Positions 25,871 through 37,919 of a DNA stretch of 64,000 nt are shown here, one piece after another. How positions within the stretch are numbered: the first letter of the stretch is position 1; every line of letters starts with the position of its first letter. The translations under genes were made by a program, and so were the position numbers. The notes below the pieces were generated by a model that worked only from the letters and a program-made list of their open reading frames with translations, did not search any database and was not told where the DNA came from. Source of the stretch: Camelus dromedarius (Eukaryota); the NCBI RefSeq assembly GCF_036321535.1, contig NC_087436.1, positions 108,254,001 through 108,318,000 on the forward strand. Reading direction: 5' to 3'.

Positions 25871-28377
25871 ACAGAATGCTCTCATTTATCTGTGTATCTA
25901 TCTAGAGAGACAAAGTGACAGAGAGAGACAAAGACAGTTATTTTTAAAATTCAGCAAGGGAAAATCTGAACCTAATATAAAGAAAGGAGGAAGCTGCAAA
26001 TACTGCGGCAGTGCTGATAGCAGTATTTAAGCTTATTTAATCTAGATGTTCACGGAAAATAGGTCTACATGGTAGGTAATTGTGTGTAGGCTGCCTCTCC
26101 CAGAGCAGCACATTTTTGCATTTCCAAAACATGAAATATGAAGATCAGAGCACTTAGTTGCAGCAGAGTTGAAGACCATTGCCATCTAGGACTAGGGGGA
26201 CTGCTGAAGACCTCTGAGAGGTGCAAAACTTTTCAGTTCATTTCGCCAGACTGTTTTTCATTCCTTTTTTTAATTCCCAAACGGGAAATTGAGGAATGTT
26301 TAACATGTAAGGCTCACGGGAGAAATTGAGACGTCTGAATCATGAATGAGAACTTTGTGGATATGATGGTGACTGTCTTCTTTCAAATAAAACCAAGGAG
26401 ACGAATTAAAGGTAAGGACATAGTACTATGTTCTTTTTCAACTGTGATTTCTGTAACTTTTTTTTTACATGTGTAAAGTCGTGAGAAGTTACTTGTTTAA
26501 AGATTCTTTAAATTGTGATTTGCTCAAGTTAGGGCAAGGGGCATGCATGTGGTGTGTGTGCTAGGGTGACAGGGATCTAATAATAAATTCTGTAGTCAGT
26601 ATCCACGGATACTAATTTAAGGCAGTAAGGCAGTTGTCAAACTAAATATTTTTTCACACTTAAATATTGTCACTGACTCAGGCATAATTTCATGATTAAC
26701 TATAAAGCCTTAACATCTTGGGAAGGCAAGAGAACATGAAGTTGTGTGGCAAGAATGTAAAGAATGCAAAATACCTTGACTTATAAGAAATTCAGAAGTT
26801 CGAGATTAGAGGTCTCACCTAAATGTTATGCTACTATCCTCGTTTGTGCCTTAAAGACTTTTCTTTACTTGGAACTATATCAACAAAGATTTGAACATGG
26901 AGTGTCTTCAAAGTGAAAAAGATGAAGCTAAGAAAAATGAGAATCACCTTACACATTGAGATGGGACAAAAGGTGTGACTAGTGTCATCGTCATTTGGGA
27001 GTCATGATATAATTTTCAACTCTGCATAGTCAATGGTTTTAACCTGAGTTCCATAAATTTAATCAGTTTTAATTTGACAAGGTCTCCAATAAAATTTTAA
27101 GCCTGAATAATGAGCTCAAATGAGACTTACAGGCATTTTCCATGGGATTCATTAGAGTAATTTTATGGTTGAGTTTGAACAAAAATAAACACAAATACAT
27201 TCATTTCCTCAGTTCCTTTTTCATACATTAAAACAGGATTTAATACTGGGATAAACTTATACATTTCTAATAAGTCAATGCCCTTAAACTTCCATGCACT
27301 TTTCAGTAAAAAAAGAGTAATGATTTAATTCTATATTTATTCCATATCCTATGTCTAATTTAAGCCCTCTGGGGCAAAGATAATTTTTAATGTTTTTTGA
27401 TTGGTTTGTTTTGGTTTTTGTTGACTGCATATTGAATGTTGAGTTTATTGCCTTTTTTATTTTAAAAATGCACATCACTGCAAATCTGTGAGGCTACAGG
27501 GGTTTGATAAAAGGCAACTCACATGTCAGTTGACAGCCCTTTTGCCCACTGAGCTGACATCCTCCTGACTCTGAATTCTGGCTGCTTCTCGAAAATGTGC
27601 AGGTCAGGTCAGATCAACAACAGGTCAATCTCTTGATGACCCATGGAGTTCCAGATGCTGCTCTGCCTTTGAGCTAAGTCAGGGGTATTGATCGTCATTG
27701 CTCCTCCAGTTAGGTGGTCCCTTTTGCTGGTTGAGTTGAGTGTCTTATTTAAGCCACTGAACTCTCAAAGCGCACCGAGGACTGTGAGACTGTGTGCAGG
27801 CTGCCCTGCAGAGGGCGATCTACAGTGGAGCCCCTTCTCTCTGCGAGGGATAAGGGATGTCTCTCTCTTTTTATTTTTATTTTTTTTTTAATAAATAAGT
27901 AAGCCTCCAGGAAGTAGTTTAAGTTGAAGTTGCTAAACATCAAATAAACCGATGAGTGGTAACTTCAGAAAATAGCACCAGGTCACTTGGCTCCTGACTC
28001 AGTTCTATCACCTGGGCACACCTCAAATTAAGGTGACAAGTCAAATTGTGCCCTGGTAGTTTCCATGATGGTCTCTGAGACACACGCATGTCCAAGATGA
28101 ACACAAAGACATGAGCCCTTTAGAAATAGTGGGACTATAGAGATTGATGCTTAAGCGCCTCTTAGTCGGTTTTATTTGCTGTCGTTGGAGTTGTGGCAGC
28201 CCTTTTATTTTACTCCCTACATGCTGGGGTTTATAAAGGAATCCAGTATTATCAACTTTGTATATGAATTTGAATTTCTGAGTATGTCAAATACATTTTA
28301 CCAAGTCATAAATTACTGTCTGTGTTCCTGGATACTTCATTTTCCAAAATTATAAGGATAAAACCTGCTTTGTGAAT

Positions 28378-28385
<8 letters not shown>

Positions 28386-28423
<38 letters not shown>

Positions 28424-28445
28424 TGTGTGAGAAAGAGAGAGAGAC
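28386..28445. repeat. (TG)n followed by (GA)n microsatellite
   Basis: Read directly from the sequence. Confidence 0.95.
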
Positions 28446-28911
28446 TGGAAGTCAAGAACCAGCCTAATATATTGTATAGTACTTGGAAGATAAATCAGCT
28501 TTTTAAAGTAATGGTTACATCCATCAACTCTGAAATCAAAGTGTCTATGCATAAATTATAATGTTCTATTTCAAAGTGACTGTTTAATCATCAGTTTTAA
28601 TATGTTTTTTGAAAGTGAAATACTTTCATCACACTGTACATCTGCTGGTAGAATCCCTCTGTGTCCTCAAAGACACGAGATTCCTTATGCTATAGCCAAA
28701 TTACTCCGCACTTTACATAAACTTACATGTCATGTATTTGTCAAATAGGTATACTCCTGAGAGATTTCTATGAAGGAAAAAAAGGAAACTACTTTATTCA
28801 ACTTTTTTGCCAATAATTTCTTAGATCTTTTAAGTACATCCTTTATGCTATCATATAGTTCCATTAGTTTTGAGTTGTTATCAATGCTTATGTTGTATTT
28901 TTCACAACTTC

Positions 28912-29052
28912 TTAAATTAAAAGAGTTGATTCACAATATTCTACTTGTTTTAGGTGTACAATATAGTGATTCAATATTTTTATAGATTATACTCCAAAGT
29001 TATCATAAAATATTGGCTGTTTTCCCTGCACTGTACAATATATCCTTGACTT
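28912..29052 (-). mobile_element. LINE-1 3' end fragment
   Basis: 'gttgattcacaatatt...ggtgtacaatatagtgattcaatattttt...ccctgcactgtacaatatatccttg'. Confidence 0.8.
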
Positions 29053-30285
29053 TAAATGATATATGTGGAAGATATTTTAATAAAGAACATTATAATATCG
29101 TTTAGCCTTGTAAGTAAGCCAGTTCATCATGGGAACAGTGATTGTATCGCTCAAGCAGCAAAGAAAATCAGTTGCCCTTTTCCTGGTTGTGAGTTTTCCA
29201 GCTGGGTTAGGTTTCTCATTTCCTTGTGAATCAGAGTCACTGTTCACTCTTCCATAATGTAATGTACTTTGTGCTTCGTTATGAGACAGAGGTGTGTGAT
29301 CCACTTTACTAGCACACCCACCACTCATCTCTAGCACCTCTCATCAGCACAGTTCTTTTTCCTTGATTGATGTCAACAGTCTGTGTCCTCAAGTTGTTGT
29401 AACAAGAGACTAAGTGTGGAAAAAAAAAAAAAAAACAACTGTCCAATGAGAGGTATTTACATTTACCTCTTGTCCAACTGCCTGTCTCTTTACTATTCCC
29501 ACCCCCACCAACCAGTTAAATTGGTTAAATGTATCAGTGTATCTCTCTGCTGATCATGATCTTGCTTAGTTATCCAACAATCCATTCATCCATTGATTTA
29601 TTTGATGATTTATTTAATTAATGCAATTATTCATCTGGTTCAATAGAAATGTTAAATTATAAGAAAAACATAAATTAAAATAATAAAGCAAAACCTGAAA
29701 AAGGGACAAGAAAAATATTCAAAAGTGAAGTAACACTAACAGAAAAAGAGTGATAAGTAGCACAGAGTAAGGTCTTGAGCTGTTCTTAGGGCTGATGTCC
29801 ATATTTGTCTCTGAAGTATCTTCTGGCCAAAGACAATTGCATAGTTGTTAGTATCCCAAAGGAAAAAGTAGTAGTTCTTTGGGGGCAACCAAAATTTCTC
29901 ACAACAGTTAATTCAAGGAATTAAAAAAATTTTTTACCTGCATATAGACAGCCTGTACCTTCAGTTGCAGATTTGAAAATTCTGTTTCCATCAACGAATG
30001 ATATTCAGGTGAATTTATTCCTGCAGTATCTCACTCTGCTAGTAAAGTTTTAAATTTGTAAAAATCTGTAGTCCCTACCCCCTCTTTTAAAGTCAAGATT
30101 TGAAGTGAGGGCTTTCTGAAAGATTGTGGCAATTCAAGAATCATTTGCTTAGATACTACTACTTAACCAACATTATAGTAGACACTGGGGACGTAAAGAC
30201 AGAGCTTGCCACGTCCAGAGAATTTTTATATACTATGCAGAATTTTCCACCAGAGTGCTGTGATCAGATGGATTAGCTATAGATG

Positions 30286-30850
30286 TGTCATCCACTCTTT
30301 TGAGTCAGGCCCCAATAAGGGTCCTTCTGCTCGTGTCGCTTGTGCCAATAAAACGAGACTGAGTTCGGTTTAGAAGTAAAGGGAAACTTTGTTCTTGGAT
30401 CACAGAATGGAGAGATGCCAGCTTGGGCTCCAGAGCACAGGCTCTCCTCTCCCCTTAGTCCCGGGGCGGGGCTGCTTGACAGGGATCTGTCTCCGGGGAG
30501 GGGGCGGGGCTTCTCCCGGGCTGGCGCAGGCGCAGCGCAGCGCTCCAGGTCACGGTGCCCCGCGCAGTCTCTGTGCACACTGTCCGCCGCCGCCATCTTG
30601 GATTGCGGCGTCTGGTACCCCGGGCGCTTTTGTCCCCGGCCCCGCGGAGCCGAGGTGTCCGTGAGGCCCCAGTGCACCAGGAACTCTGATCTGAAAGGCC
30701 AGGGGCAAGGCTTCCTCCCTCCGTACCCTACGAGCAAGTGACACGAGACTGAGCACAACGGAAAAGGGGGAAAAAAAGGTTAGACTTTATTCTACTACCC
30801 AGATTACATTTTTAATTCCTGTGAATTGTTAATGGACTTTGCTGTTGACA
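30286..30850 (-). mobile_element. Intact solo LTR, ERV1-like, 565 bp
   Basis: Inverted termini TGTCA (30286-30290) and TGACA (30846-30850); exact 4-bp TSD GATG (30282-30285, 30851-30854). Strand is inferred from resemblance to reverse ERV1 LTR layout and is less certain. Confidence 0.78.
30460..30760. promoter_or_regulatory. Small CpG island with promoter-type motifs, inside the solo LTR
   Basis: About 28 CpGs in about 300 bp by manual count; GC boxes 30463-30471 and 30501-30510; NRF1-like GCGCAGGCGCA 30524-30534; YY1 GCCGCCATCTTG 30589-30600. Confidence 0.7.
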
Positions 30851-31039
30851 GATGGACGACAAGCTTTTGTTGTTGCAATTATTTATTTTAGAATAACTTG
30901 TGTCGTAACTTACCAATTCAGGATAGTTGTATAAAGTTTCCTTTGAAATGTATGTAAGCGAAATTGTGAGTTGATTTAGAGAAAGGTATCCAATACAGAA
31001 AAGGTTTAAGAGGCAGCGGCGTTGGTTTTGGAGGTGGTG

Positions 31040-31925
31040 TGACTAATGGCATCGTTTGGGGCATATTCTTGTAGAAGGCTGTGAAAGACTTATAACAGTG
31101 GAAAGGATTTACTGTAACAATGGAGGTGTGGACTTGATGTGGCTTTAATGAAAAGGTGAGAGTGAAAACTGGGTGGAGTGAGGGAAGTTCCCAGAAAGAC
31201 ACTCTAAGCCAGGGCTTGACAGGTGTGGGAGTTCATCCTTTGGACAGGGGGATGCATTTGAGCTGAAAGGTAGTGGTACTAAAGCCTGAGGTGTGAAGCT
31301 GCATGATTAACAATCTGTAAGTAATTTGATAAGGACAGAAAACAAGAGTCACGTGGAAATGTCAGAGGGATAATTACTGAGACAGCTCTTACTGAAGGCT
31401 GCCTATGAGCCTAGCACTATTCTGCAGACTTTCTGTTTACAGATCCTTTCATCTTACAGCAGTCATTCGAGGTGTGCATTTTCAGGCAATTTCATTGCCC
31501 TGCTCCAGGGGGTGCTGTTTGCATCATACTTCATGTGAGTGGCGCTCCATATAATTTTACATATGTTTTATAGATGAGAAAACTTCAGCACAAGGCAGTT
31601 AAATAACTTGTCCAATATCACAGAGTTGTGCATATGAAGGCTAGATTTTTAACTCGACTAGTTTACTTTAGCTAAAGGAGAGATGACCCCTTCTACATGC
31701 CCATGAGATGGAGACTGGACATTATCCTCCAGACACTGGGATCTGAAATATTATGATAGGGGTTGCAATGATCAGATTGGTACTTAGAAATCTATTGCTG
31801 GCTGCAGCATGTTGAGAAGATTGAATGAGGTTGAGCCTGGAAGCAGGGAGGCCAGTCATGTTGGATCAGTCAAGAGCTGATAAAGGTCAAACCAAGATCA
31901 AGATGGCGATACTGGTTTGGAGTGT
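31040..31925 (-). mobile_element. L2 fragments interrupted by a MIR (about 31380-31670)
   Basis: L2-like 'gatcagattggtacttagaaatc...ctggctgcagcatg...ctggaagcagggaggccag'; MIR core 'ttttatagatgagaaaact...aacttgtccaatatcacag'. Confidence 0.65.
31484..31548. mobile_element. hAT-Tip100 MITE fragment (MER91-like)
   Basis: 'ctccagggggtgctgtttgcatc...atgtgagtggcgctcc' resembles the MER91 central palindrome. Confidence 0.55.
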
Positions 31926-32377
31926 GTCAGGTGCCTGTCCCCTTGCTAGAGTTGGGCTAGACACTTTTTTACTCTCAGGGCTTAAGAAGCCAAACTTTCT
32001 GAATCTATGTCCCCAGGCTGAGCTGTCCCACTGGACCCTGCAACAAAGGAAGAAAGTAGTTGACACACTCTTGTCACACGTCCCTGGTTTGGTCCCATGA
32101 TTTTTCTTTGTTGATTCTCAGCAACATTGGTCAGCCTATCTCCAGTAACGAGACACCTCTTCCTTCCCTGTTTCTCTGATAAGCTGTGGTCTCACTCCCA
32201 ATCTCCTGAGCTCCTTCTACAGAGGTAAACTTTCATTTGAAGTGGGATCCAAAGTTAATGGATGGTGTGATAGCATAAAAAACAAACAAAGCAACTTTTC
32301 TTGCTTGTTCATTTTTATTTTGGCTTGTAATATCTTTTTGTATTACCTTGTAACATATGAAAACATTAATTTATCTT

Positions 32378-32581
32378 AGAAGTATCTCTCAAAGAGTGGC
32401 CCTAGGACACCTGCATCAAAATCAGCCCCTGGGTTTAAACCATGCAGATTACTGGGCCCCACCCACAGACCTCTGGAATGAGAATCTGAGGATGTGAGCT
32501 AGAATTTGCTATTTAACTGGCGCCCCCAGTTATTTCTGATGTCGACAGTCAACAGACTCCACTTTGAGAAAGACTACTCTA
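32378..32581. mobile_element. hAT-Charlie MITE (MER5-like)
   Basis: 'ctcaaagagtggccc...cacctgcatcaaaatc...tgcagattactgggccccacccacagacc...ccactttgagaaagactact'. Confidence 0.85.
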
Positions 32582-33759
32582 GGACCTAGCAGTACTGAAA
32601 CAATATTTTGACTGAATTAACTCCCTTTCTTTTAACTCTAATTTTGTGTAGCTCGTGCTATCTCTTGTGGAAGATATAGGAAATAAATTAGGTCAATTTG
32701 TTTAAGTGGCCTCAGTACTAATCATCAGAACTGGTGGAGAATGAGGTCTCTCTACAGGGGAAAATGCAAAGGGTGCGTTGAGTTCTGGATTGTTTAGGGA
32801 TCCAGACTGTACCACCACCAGCAACAAAAAAACTCAGTGTTTAAAAATGTTGCCACTCTTATAAATTAGATGATGGATTTCTTGAATATGTGTAAGCACA
32901 TTTGACTGTCCTTTATGATTGGATTACCACATTCTTTTGATTCTTGTTTTGTGGTTGGCTTTATTCCTTTGATAACTGTGTAAGTTTAAAAAGCAAAAGC
33001 TCTAATCTGTTCTTAGAAAAACAATGATCAGTACATGTAAACTAAAAAAAGTGCAGAATATTGTGTATATATATGTATTTACATGCAATATAATGTATAT
33101 GTGCAAACTATAAAAAGTCTACCTAATAAAACTGAAAAAGGAAAAAAATTACAATTAAAAAAGCAAAGAAGAGAAAACATTTCCAAGTAAAATAAAAATA
33201 GTTCCTCATCTACCTTTAACCTCCCCCACTCACTGGTCTTAGCAACCAACTGTAAACATTGAAAATCACCCATCAAAATGCATGTTCAATTTGAAATCAG
33301 ACAGCCTTACTAGTTGCCTATATGTGGAAGTCTGTCTGCCTTTGTAATGAAATTAATTCCTTATGAGAAAAAAAAATGTTACCACTCAAAATACTCACCA
33401 CAAAATCCTAAACCTCCTCATCATTCAACTTCATCTGGAGTCTTAACCTAGTATTCTGGGGTTGTTTCCATATTCTTATTTAATCTAATCTCCTACTTTC
33501 CCCCAGCCTCACAGAGTCTTCCACAGCAACCACTGGACTGCAGTCTGTCCTTGGCAAAGTCCCTTAAGTCCACGCTTCTTAATGTTCCTTTGAGCTTCTC
33601 CCCCAGTCTTGTCAGATAGTGTTGTCCTTCACCCCTCTCCACTGATACCACAGAACCAGTAGAGGGAGTTAAGTGTCTTCTTTCACTTTGATTGCTGCTT
33701 TGGAATTCTGTCCCTTTCTCCTTCCAGAAAAACTCCAGTTGCAGTGAAACACTTATAAG

Positions 33760-34155
33760 TTGAGCCCCTCTTCTCCAAGTATGGGATCCTGACCTTGTTG
33801 GAGAGGGCACTGTGGTGATTCTAGGGAAAACCATAATGAGGAGGTGTCTAATATTAGAGGCACTCTACTATAAAACTGCCTGAGAGAGGCGCTCGAGGGA
33901 GCTGCTGGCTGCTGTGCCCAAAAGGAGATGGTTCTGGAGAAATCATGTGCACTGTGGAATTCTGCCGAGTACGCACACCACAACCAAGAAGGAAAACCCC
34001 TTCTTGTAATGCCTACTCAGTGCCCTCTGCTAACTGAGCTTAACATCCAGCCAGCTGGCAAAGAAATACTGTTTACAGGGATTAGCTTCATTTTCAAATA
34101 TCACTAAAGAAGGATAAATAAAGAGTTGAAAGTCAATAAATCAGTAACCAGCATA
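33760..34155 (-). mobile_element. ERVL LTR fragment (LTR33-like)
   Basis: 'cagtgccctctgctaactgagcttaacatccagccagctggcaaag...aagtcaataaatcagtaaccagca'. Confidence 0.7.
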
Positions 34156-34789
34156 CACACACACACACACACACATTGCGGTTTTAAAAGCATATTGAAG
34201 ATTTACAGCTTGCTCTAGTATCTTTTGCTAATGTCTCTCCTTGGCTACTTTTTAATTTTTTTTTTAACTCAACTTTTCTTCCAGAATACATTACTGTGTC
34301 AGGCTCAAAATTATATTCCTCTGGGAAATTTTAATTTTGAATTGTGTCGCACCTATAAGTTAATTTGGAAAAATTTGTTAACTTTGCCATATTCACTTTC
34401 CAAACAAGTACATAACATGCTGTTTTTTTAAATTAAAAAAAATGTTTTGTGTCTTACTAAACTTTTATTGAAATTTATTTCCTATAGAAGACTTTTGGAT
34501 TTCTAGTTAGGCCTAGTCCTAAATGTTATTTTAAATGTTAATTAATTAACATTATTATTGACTAATTTTAAATGTTATGATTGATATTGGTGGTAATGCA
34601 GTTTTGCATTAGATGTTCCCCGCATTGTATTTTCTATCTTGTTGTCATTGGTGTTTAGAAGATTATTCATTTTTAAAGTCAGTCCCTTATGACTTCTAAT
34701 AGATTTCCAGTTAATTCTCCTCAATTTTTAAGGCCAGCACTCAAATTAATTAAAAATAATTGCATCTCCTATTTGTCATCCCATGAATA

Positions 34790-35015
34790 TTTAACACTGA
34801 GGTAGTTGAATTGGCATCACCCAGCTATGGGGCAGAGTCTCATCCCAGCTCGGTCACTTACAAGATGTTTGATGATCTGGACCAATTTATTGAGTTGCTA
34901 TTTCATCATCTGTGACACTGGGGAGTAGTTCTCTCTACCTCATATAATCGTTATAAGGATTAAAGGAGATAACGATTGTAAAATCCTTCATACAAAGCAT
35001 ATGATAAATGTCCTC
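34790..35015 (+). mobile_element. MIR SINE
   Basis: 'atcccagctcggtcacttac...atttcatcatctgtg...ctacctcatataatcgttataaggattaaaggagataac'. Confidence 0.8.
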
Positions 35016-35314
35016 TTTAAATATTTAATAGAGAGTAGAATGAACCTTTTTCTGTTATCTTTATATCTGGGCTCTAGCTGTAGTGCCAGGCACCAGCTTG
35101 CTGAGAGGCTGCCTCCGTGGTCATTTGAACTCCCATATACCCTATTAAAAAAAAAAAGCCAAAAGTCTTTGGTAGATGGAATTTGTTACTGTGGTAGTGA
35201 GTCTTAGATCTACTCAGACAGGCCCTTGTCTTTTCTCCTACCCTTTATAAATGGAAAAGGTGTGCTCCATTCAAGTGAAAGAAGGAATTTTCAGGAGATC
35301 ATTTCAGAGATAAC

Positions 35315-36335
35315 TGTGTGGTGTGCTGGATGGGTGGACAGGGCACTTATTGCCCAGCCAGAAACTTGCTGAGTAGCAGAAACTTAAGGGCCGACCTAGT
35401 ATGCTCGAATGGAGTGCAAGGATACAGTTCTTAGGAGACCTTAAACATTTCCTCAGTAGTTAGTGGTGTGCACACACCTGAGCATAGGCTGGCCCTTCTT
35501 TCTTCCTGGAAAATTCTGAAGGTAGATGATTTCTGGAGCTCCTGGAGGTGGGAGAACAGGATAGACAGGGGATGTCGTAGCTGAAGCTTCCACCAGGATG
35601 TAGTGATTTCCCATTGGCCTAGTGGATGTTTTAGGAGATAATCACAACCCATCTAGTGGGACCTTAACTAAGAGGGCTATCTACTAGACAAAGGGGCCCC
35701 GCGTTTAGAGTCTGTGGGGTAGACTGGAGTGAATAGGAGGCTCAGGAGCTGTGACTTCAGGTCAGCCAGTGAGTGGTCCCCCTGTGTCAGAGAAGAGTGC
35801 ACCACAGATGGCCTAGCAGGGACTCCATTTATGTCCCAGTAGGAAGCCAGTATTTGGAATCCAAAGGTAAAATCCAAAGCCAAAGGAGAACTCTAACCAG
35901 CGCCATGTAACTAAAACACCTGTTGCCTATTCATTCTCCTCTCAACTCCTCTCACTCAGACTTTGGAGGGCTCTGAAGCAGCAGACTGAGTGGCATGAAG
36001 AGCTGAAAGGCAGAGAGGAGTAAAGGGAGCTGTTTACTCCACTATAGCTCCTCGAGGCTGGGCTGTAGCCTGGGTGGGGGCTGCAGGGGAGAGGTTTGCA
36101 CTGGAGGATAAAGTGTTAATTAGACTGGATTGAATAGGTTCATACAGGAAGTTGAGTCTTAGATTTCAAAGTGGGAGTCTTCCTTAAAACATAAATGACG
36201 TAGAGCATGGGGTGATTCCCCAGATGTTATGCAGAGATGGGGAAGAGATAGCCTGAAGGCAGTGGTTGAAGACAGATCAATTTATTTCCTGATGTACCTC
36301 CTGAAGTTAAGACCGTTCAAGTAACCAGTCCACGT
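35315..36335. mobile_element. Ancient ~1 kb LTR (MamGyp/Gypsy-like or ERVL)
   Basis: TG-initiated, purine-rich ~1 kb block whose right part resembles recalled MamGypLTR sequence; no TSD confirmed. Confidence 0.45.
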
Positions 36336-36480
36336 GTATCTGCTTAATGCCCTGAGCTCACAAAATGGGCTCTTGGCAGAAGAACCAGTGACATATAATC
36401 AATAATGTTTTTTTATGTCTGTTCATGGAAATCCTAGAGAAATGAATTAATAAAATGACTTATATCAATGGATATATTTA

Positions 36481-36967
36481 CAGATCTTCCTCGACTTATG
36501 GAGTTGCCTCCTGGTAAATCCATTGTAAGTTGAAAATATTCTAAATTGGAAATGCATTTAATGCACCTGACCTACCAAAGATCATAGTTCAGTCTAGCCT
36601 GCATTAAGCATACTCAGAATACTTACATTAGCCTACAGTTGGGCAGAATCACCTGACACAAAGACTGTTCTACAATCAGGTATTGAATGTCTTATTTAAT
36701 TTATTGGATACTGTACTGAAAGTGAAAAGCAGATTGGTTGTCTGGGTGCGGCGTGGTTGTAAGCATGTTGGTTGTTTACTCTCCTGATTGTGTGGCTGAT
36801 TGGAAACTCTGTCTCGCTACCGCTGCCTATCAAAAGGGAGTGTTGCTAGCCCCACCAAAAAAATCAACATTCAGAACTCAAAGTATGATTCCTACTGAAT
36901 ACTTAAATGCTTTTGCACCATCGTGAAGTTAAAAAAGTTTAGTAGAACTATCATAAGTTGGAGACTG
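36481..36967. mobile_element. Tigger5-derived MITE (MER47/Tigger5b-like)
   Basis: Starts 'cagatcttcctcgactta' and ends 'cataagttggagactg'; TA on both flanks (36479-36480, 36968-36969); contains 'cttacattagcctacagttgggc'. Confidence 0.9.
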
Positions 36968-37384
36968 TACTGATATTTCCATTTCAGTCTTTTTTTTTTA
37001 TGATCATCCACTTAAGTTGGAAATTATAGTAATTACATTTCAACTGTAAAGCAAACTATCACACTCTTGTTCAAAATCACAATTAACTGTCCTTAGTTAT
37101 AGCAGGTAATCTGTCCTTGGAGGTAAAATGGCCACTTCTAAGATTGTGTGCCAGAGAGTTAGAAAAAAGTAACTTTTATCCAGTGATTCTGTGATTCTGT
37201 GATTTTTCCCAAGGTATATGATCTTTATTCTTTTCATCTAATCAATATTTCCTTGCATCTAATATTCCTCCCTGAGTTTTTGATTTCAGAGTTGCTGGTG
37301 GTTTAACTCTGAATATGTTATTTAAAATAGCACCCAAACTTATAGCAAATGAATCTTAGCATATTAATCAAGGTAACACTAACA

Positions 37385-37803
37385 CATTAGCTGAAGCAAC
37401 ATTGTTTTAACAAGCAAATCCCAAAACAAATGAAGGTGGCTTGTCAGAACAAAAGTTTATTTCTAGCCCTTTATAAAGTCACAGTAGGTATTTCTGATAA
37501 GCATAGAGCTCTGTATTGAATGCCATTTCAGGGACACAGTTTTCTTTCATCCTGTGGCTCTGTAGTCTTTAACACATGGCTTCCAAAATTGTTGCCAAAG
37601 GAGGAAAAGCATGGAGGATCATGCTGGGAAGTTTTTATGGTCCAGACCTGGCTTCCATTACTTCCACCAGAGCCCACTGGTCACCATTTATTCACAAGGC
37701 CCGACCTGACCCCAGGAGTGCCTGAGATGCATTGTCTTGTCTTGACACGTGCCAAGAGGAAGAACAGGAGACCTTGGTCAATAGCTAGGCTGCCTCTGCC
37801 ACA
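37385..37803 (-). mobile_element. MaLR LTR (MLT1I/J-like)
   Basis: 'ggtggcttgtcagaacaaaagtttatttct' through terminal 'ctctgccaca'. Confidence 0.7.
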
Positions 37804-37919
37804 CTTGGCTTATTCTATCTCCATTCAAGCCATCCTTCCTGTAATCATGCTTTTTATTTTATAAGCCTCACTTTACTTTAAATTGGAGAGTAATGGGGAG
37901 ATTTTTTTTCCCCCATTTT

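Noticed and set aside
30288..30758. 156-aa minus ORF (containing KMAAA) and overlapping ORFs in other frames
   Set aside because: Entirely within a GC-rich LTR where several frames are open; the ATGGCGGCG is the YY1 motif; no recognisable domain
37183..37205. Micro-tandem repeats (gtgattct x3 here; also near 4101, 4726 and 47863)
   Set aside because: Ordinary slippage duplications with no higher-order structure
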